A stretch of 64,000 bases of DNA from Mustelus asterias. Lineage: Eukaryota. The stretch is from assembly GCF_964213995.1 (NCBI RefSeq), contig NW_027590388.1, positions 124,001 to 188,000 on the forward strand, in the 5' to 3' direction. A model generated the notes under the pieces. It was not told the origin of the DNA, did no database searches, and saw only the letters and a program-made list of their open reading frames with translations. The position numbers were made by a program, and so were the translations under genes. Of the stretch, positions 62,571-64,000 are shown in pieces. The stretch's first letter is position 1; each line of letters opens with the position of its first letter.

Positions 62571-63342
62571 AGCAACTTCAACCAAAGACCCAACTGGGAA
62601 AAGGTGAATATTTCCGCATGTTTAAAATCAGTCATAAAATCATTAAATATGATTTGTTGTTGTGAGCTGCATTATTTGTGAGAATGAGAGTGACGGAGTG
62701 GGATTGATCCACAGCCTGAGTCACCAGTTTAAGGACAGGAGGAGAGAGAATCTGGAGAGGACAAAAGAATCAGGAGAGTGCAGTGAGCATGGATCTGTCA
62801 ATCAGCCTCAATCAGCACCTTCAGGAGAATTGGGAGGGTGAATATTAGATACAGCAGAGTGAAAATGGAGGGAGAGTGTGTGGGATGGAGATTCACAGCT
62901 TTTGGGGAATGAGAGAGAAAGAATGTTCCATAGAAACGAGAATTGTCTGTTCTGAATTTCTGTCCTGTACTGACACTGATGACTTTTGTAAACTCATTTT
63001 ACAGGATATTGAAAGAGGAATCACAGACCGAAATCTCAAACGTCACATCAGATCTGACAGAGTCATATTCCTTGGGAGCTGAATATCATCGGCCTTTGAA
63101 TCCAGAAGGACAAATGATTGTCCGGTCTGTCGATTTGAAAGGATTTCAAATGTCAGTGTGACTGGAAAAGGACCAACACGCTGCCACGCTCGGGTGAGGG
63201 TGTTAAAGAGCTTTAACCAGTTACACAGCCTGAATAAAGATCACACCATTAACAGCGGGGAGAGACTGCACTCGTGTTGTGTGTGTGTTAACGAGGCTTC
63301 AACTGATTGTCCACCAAAGAGAGAGGCAAGGACACATGCACC

Positions 63343-64000
63343 ATGGAGAAACCATGGAAATGCGGGGACTGTGGGAAGAGATACAGATCGCCATCAGAGC
63401 TGGAAGTTCATCGGCGCAGTCACACTGGAGCGAGGCCATTCGCCTGTTCTCAGTGTGGGAAGGGATTCAGTGAAATATCCCACCTGCGGACACACCAGCG
63501 AGTTCACACTGGGGAGAGGCCGTTCACCTGCTCTCAGTGTGGGAAGGGATTCAGTCAGTTATCCAGCCTGCAGACACACCAGCGAGTTCACACTGGGGAG
63601 AGGCCGTTCACTTGCTCTCAGTGTGGGAAAGGATTCAGTCAATTATCCAACTTGCAGACACACCAACGAGTTCACACTGGGGAGAGACTGTTCACTTGCT
63701 CTCAGTGTGGGAAGGGATTCAGTCAGTTATCCAACCTGCGCAAACACCAGCGAGTTTGCACTGGGGAAAGGCCATTCACCTGCTCTCAGTGTGAGAAGGA
63801 ATTCACTCATTTATCCAGCCTGCAGACACACCAGCGAGTTCACACTGGGGAGAGGCCGTTCACCTGCCCTCAGTATGGGGAGGGATTCACTCAATCATCC
63901 AACCTGCAGACACACCAGCGAGTTCACACTGGGGAGAAACCATTCACTTGCTCTCAGTGTGGGAAGGGAGTCACTCAGTTATCGAGTCTGCGGACACACC
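63343..64000 (+). CDS. C2H2 zinc-finger protein, about 8 fingers visible, runs off the window (ZNF-12)
   Basis: ACCATGG at 63343; manual translation [38 protein letters not shown]... shows no stop before the window edge, which is why the ORF track omits it. Confidence 0.85.
   Translation, partial: MEKPWKCGDCGKRYRSPSELEVHRRSHTGARPFACSQCGKGFSEISHLRTHQRVHTGERPFTCSQCGKGFSQLSSLQTHQRVHTGERPFTCSQCGKGFSQLSNLQTHQRVHTGERLFTCSQCGKGFSQLSNLRKHQRVCTGERPFTCSQCEKEFTHLSSLQTHQRVHTGERPFTCPQYGEGFTQSSNLQTHQRVHTGEKPFTCSQCGKGVTQLSSLRTH

Overview
Eukaryotic DNA, almost certainly from a cartilaginous fish (shark-type HE1/V-SINEs, DeuSINE-like SINEs, CR1, L2, Rex1/Babar and Penelope-like elements); the species cannot be determined from the sequence alone. 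The window is a dense cluster of about 12 C2H2 zinc-finger loci in both orientations. Five have complete intact finger ORFs, one is open to the window edge, and the rest are frameshifted, TE-disrupted or fragmentary. Each is encoded in one finger exon with no visible KRAB/SCAN/BTB domain, and they lie near NRF1/YY1/Sp1/CCAAT-type CpG promoters. The cluster was built by a mosaic ~40-45 kb segmental duplication (1-15.5 kb vs 40.5-59.7 kb), so many events can be seen 'before and after'. Highlights: (i) a single 33-bp CR1 segment expanded to exactly 66 units in one duplicate only; (ii) a ZNF splice acceptor amplified 7x and two promoter modules amplified 6x and 3x, each bounded by a short direct repeat; (iii) fold-back Penelope-like elements with 14-bp TSDs carrying minimal hammerhead ribozymes with covarying stem I; (iv) a CR1 insertion that knocks out finger 1 of one ZNF duplicate; (v) ZNF leaders that are relic in-frame coding sequence closed by shared stop codons; (vi) a tRNA-Val(CAC) pseudogene. 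All identities and family names are by eye and recognition; no alignment or database search was run.
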